Source: a virus
Taxonomy: Duplodnaviria; Caudoviricetes
IMG/VR virus record: IMGVR_UViG_3300009692_000017
Location: 28,277 to 92,276 of that record
Direction: 5' to 3' (one strand)
Length of the DNA stretch: 64,000 bases
A program made the position numbers and the translations under genes. Position 1 is the stretch's first letter. Each line of letters begins with the position of its first letter. This document shows positions 58,940-64,000 of this stretch, piece by piece. The notes beneath the pieces were generated by a model. It did not search any database. It was not told the DNA's origin and worked only from the letters and a program-made list of their open reading frames with translations.

Positions 58940-59581
58940 ATGTTGAAAAAATATTTCAAATATATAAAAGAATCAAATGATTCTACCAGTATGGTTAAAC
59001 CAGATCCATCGGGATTAAATGAAGTTTTAAATAGCAGAATAAGTTACAAATCAAAATATATATCCAAACTAAACGAAGGCATCATGAAGGTCAAAAAAGA
59101 TGTTTGTGAATCTATGATAGAAACTCTGAAAAAAGATTTGATCGGAAGATTAGTTCTCACGAAAAATGAAAAAGGAGATTTGAAGATATTGGATGTCAAA
59201 AATGTAATAGTTGAAAAACATGGTGATGATTTCTATCCAATTATAATAGAAAATAAAGATAAAAAAAGCATATATATATATGATAGTAATGAAAAATCAA
59301 GAATATTTTTTCTAGACGATTTTATGACTTTTTTTGAAGATAATTTCTTAAATAAATTATTATGTTTCAACGGTAAATCAATAAATGGGAGAAAAGAAAT
59401 GAGATTTACTAAATACATCACTGGAATAGGATTCAATCAAATGAAAAATGGTAGCGATCAATTATTGATAGAAGATGATAATGGAAATAAATATATACTA
59501 TATCATACCGAACCAATTAAAATATTAGATATGAGAGTTAAGGAACTCGATCCATACGGTGAAGAAAATTGGGAAAATTAA
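58940..59581 (+). CDS. Hypothetical protein with CTS-like leader and DPYGEENW tail
   Basis: MLKKYFKYIKES; ends ELDPYGEENWEN; TTAATATATA at 58925-58934. Confidence 0.65.
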   Translation: MLKKYFKYIKESNDSTSMVKPDPSGLNEVLNSRISYKSKYISKLNEGIMKVKKDVCESMIETLKKDLIGRLVLTKNEKGDLKILDVKNVIVEKHGDDFYPIIIENKDKKSIYIYDSNEKSRIFFLDDFMTFFEDNFLNKLLCFNGKSINGRKEMRFTKYITGIGFNQMKNGSDQLLIEDDNGNKYILYHTEPIKILDMRVKELDPYGEENWEN

Positions 59582-59594
59582 TTTTATAAAACTT

Positions 59595-61316
59595 TCATTC
59601 CTGACATTCTAGTGAAATAGAATTAGTACTAAAATTAAGTGTACCTACAATCTCAATCTCACCTGTAGATTTTCTAAAAACAAAACATGCAGCGTCTGTA
59701 TGTTGTTTCCAACAATTGTATGATGGAATACAATTACCTGACGTTCCATAACCGCCTGGATTTCCATACATATCACAAGGATCAATTTGTATTTTTACAC
59801 TATTTCCTATACTATTAATTTCATCTTGTGTTATTTTATGAAACCAGTATCTTGATTGATCTCCGGTTAAATTATGGATATTAGAATAATCAGAACATTG
59901 TGGAAAATCATTCCAATTTTCAATTGTAGTTAAAGTAACTCCTGTTCCTTCCTGAACGTATCTGTAACAATTTGTCCATCCTGTTGGAGGACCATATTCA
60001 GAATTACACAATTGATTTGGATATATACCAGTACATGGTTCAATATTATTCATATTAGCATAACCAATAATAATTGATTTATTAGAATTATATTTATTAA
60101 CTAAAGAAACTTTCCAAAGAGATCGAGCACAACTATGAGTACCTTGGAGTTCCCATGAATACCCATTTGGGTATGTTATTCCACCCAATGATGGATAAAA
60201 AATTTCAAGATAACCATCTTTAACGCAGGGTTTAAGTATCTCTAAAGTATTTGATCTCACATTACAACCATCAATACAGTTAAATGTACACACAAATTTT
60301 TGATGTTCGTTAACTTGGATTTCTATACGATCTATCTCATGCGTGTTTGATATAAAAACTAATGTTTCACCTATAAGTTCATACCATATATAATCTCCAG
60401 TCATATCTGGCGGAATTAATTCACTCTTATACAATTGAACGAATTGTCCATCAATAGAAAATTCCGTATGAAGTATAGTTAATGACCTTGTGTCACACTC
60501 TAAGACTGTCACTTCTATTTCATTCGATGGTACTATATTAGGACCTATTAAACAAGAGTAATCGGTAATCATACTACATCTTACAACATCGTTATTATTT
60601 AAATCACAGTGTTCAAAATTAATTCCATAATGTACTTCCGACCCGGTACAACCCGTTATCGCCCATACATGATTCCCATTCACATACCATTTAAATATAG
60701 TACCAATGGTTGTTCCACTAGCTTGTGTATAAGAAACATGCATGTACACCGGTGAACCCATAGGCACTGGAAAATTAGTATCACTTACTATTGCTATATC
60801 TGCTGAAAGTGATGGAGTTATGTTGATTACCATTATTTCACTACCTACTGTATCGTATATAGGACATTCCACATTAGATGTCATTATTACGTCTATAGTA
60901 TCACCATTACTAATATTTCCTTCAGGCCAATAAGTTTGACCATAACCCACCACTGAAAAATTTTTACGCCACGTATAAGTTGGAGAACTTCCACCAAAAG
61001 AGGGATTTGCTATGAAATAAACATCGTATGAATTTTCTGAACACATGTATATTTGATTCCCGATTATAGACACATTTTCATCACTAGCAGTTATAGATAC
61101 AGACGGAAGAACTTTCTGGACCACGGATATATAGATAGTATTTGAAGTGAGTGTTGGATGTCCACCTTCGGTTATTTTACATAAAATATTGTTAGTTCCA
61201 ATTAACCATTCATCATAATTCAATTCGTTCGAATTAGTACCGACTACAGTTCCATTTACTTTCCATTCATATGTCGGTGTTGTATAACCTGTTTGACTTG
61301 ACCAAAAATGACCCAT
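59595..61316 (-). CDS. Ig-like repeat protein with Cys-rich C-terminal domain (putative fibre/adhesin)
   Basis: PSVSI.A...PTY.W..NG..VG...SN.I.I repeats as in the upstream gene. Confidence 0.7.
   Translation of the reverse strand: MGHFWSSQTGYTTPTYEWKVNGTVVGTNSNELNYDEWLIGTNNILCKITEGGHPTLTSNTIYISVVQKVLPSVSITASDENVSIIGNQIYMCSENSYDVYFIANPSFGGSSPTYTWRKNFSVVGYGQTYWPEGNISNGDTIDVIMTSNVECPIYDTVGSEIMVINITPSLSADIAIVSDTNFPVPMGSPVYMHVSYTQASGTTIGTIFKWYVNGNHVWAITGCTGSEVHYGINFEHCDLNNNDVVRCSMITDYSCLIGPNIVPSNEIEVTVLECDTRSLTILHTEFSIDGQFVQLYKSELIPPDMTGDYIWYELIGETLVFISNTHEIDRIEIQVNEHQKFVCTFNCIDGCNVRSNTLEILKPCVKDGYLEIFYPSLGGITYPNGYSWELQGTHSCARSLWKVSLVNKYNSNKSIIIGYANMNNIEPCTGIYPNQLCNSEYGPPTGWTNCYRYVQEGTGVTLTTIENWNDFPQCSDYSNIHNLTGDQSRYWFHKITQDEINSIGNSVKIQIDPCDMYGNPGGYGTSGNCIPSYNCWKQHTDAACFVFRKSTGEIEIVGTLNFSTNSISLECQE

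Positions 61317-64000
<2,684 letters not shown>

Noticed and set aside
28484-59572. gatcc(a/t)ta(t/c)ggtgaagaa repeats as a CRISPR array, REP or recombination site
   Set aside because: Copies are dispersed, irregularly spaced, always in frame and vary mainly at synonymous positions; better explained as a peptide motif.

Overview
A very AT-rich segment of a large T4-like (myovirus-type) jumbo phage genome in the standard genetic code. The likely host is Bacteroidota, inferred from a Bacteroidota-type bS21, AsnRS, a lipoprotein, Ig-repeat adhesin-like proteins and the general lack of Shine-Dalgarno motifs. The window holds tail/baseplate genes (gp26/gp51-like, tube, sheath, gp6-like wedge), six free-standing homing-endonuclease-like genes, Ser/Gly-repeat fibre genes next to glycosyltransferases (one with a TibC/AAH-like domain), asnS, thyA, rpsU, an RNA ligase and many small accessory genes. 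The most striking unexplained signal is a two-part peptide tagging pattern. First, the short motif DPY(G/D)EExW occurs 13 times in 12 otherwise mostly unrelated proteins, usually at the C-terminus and with synonymous codon variation. Second, about 20 proteins start with a leader resembling the T4 capsid-targeting sequence, often ending in (I/L/V)-x-E. The two co-occur in 8 genes, one 537-aa protein looks like a cleavable polyprotein of tagged modules, and a 17-aa micro-ORF consists of little more than the two tags. Two recurrent promoter-like motifs (TTAATATATA and AAACTT-N16-TATAA) were also found. All product calls come from motif recognition by eye; no database searches were run.
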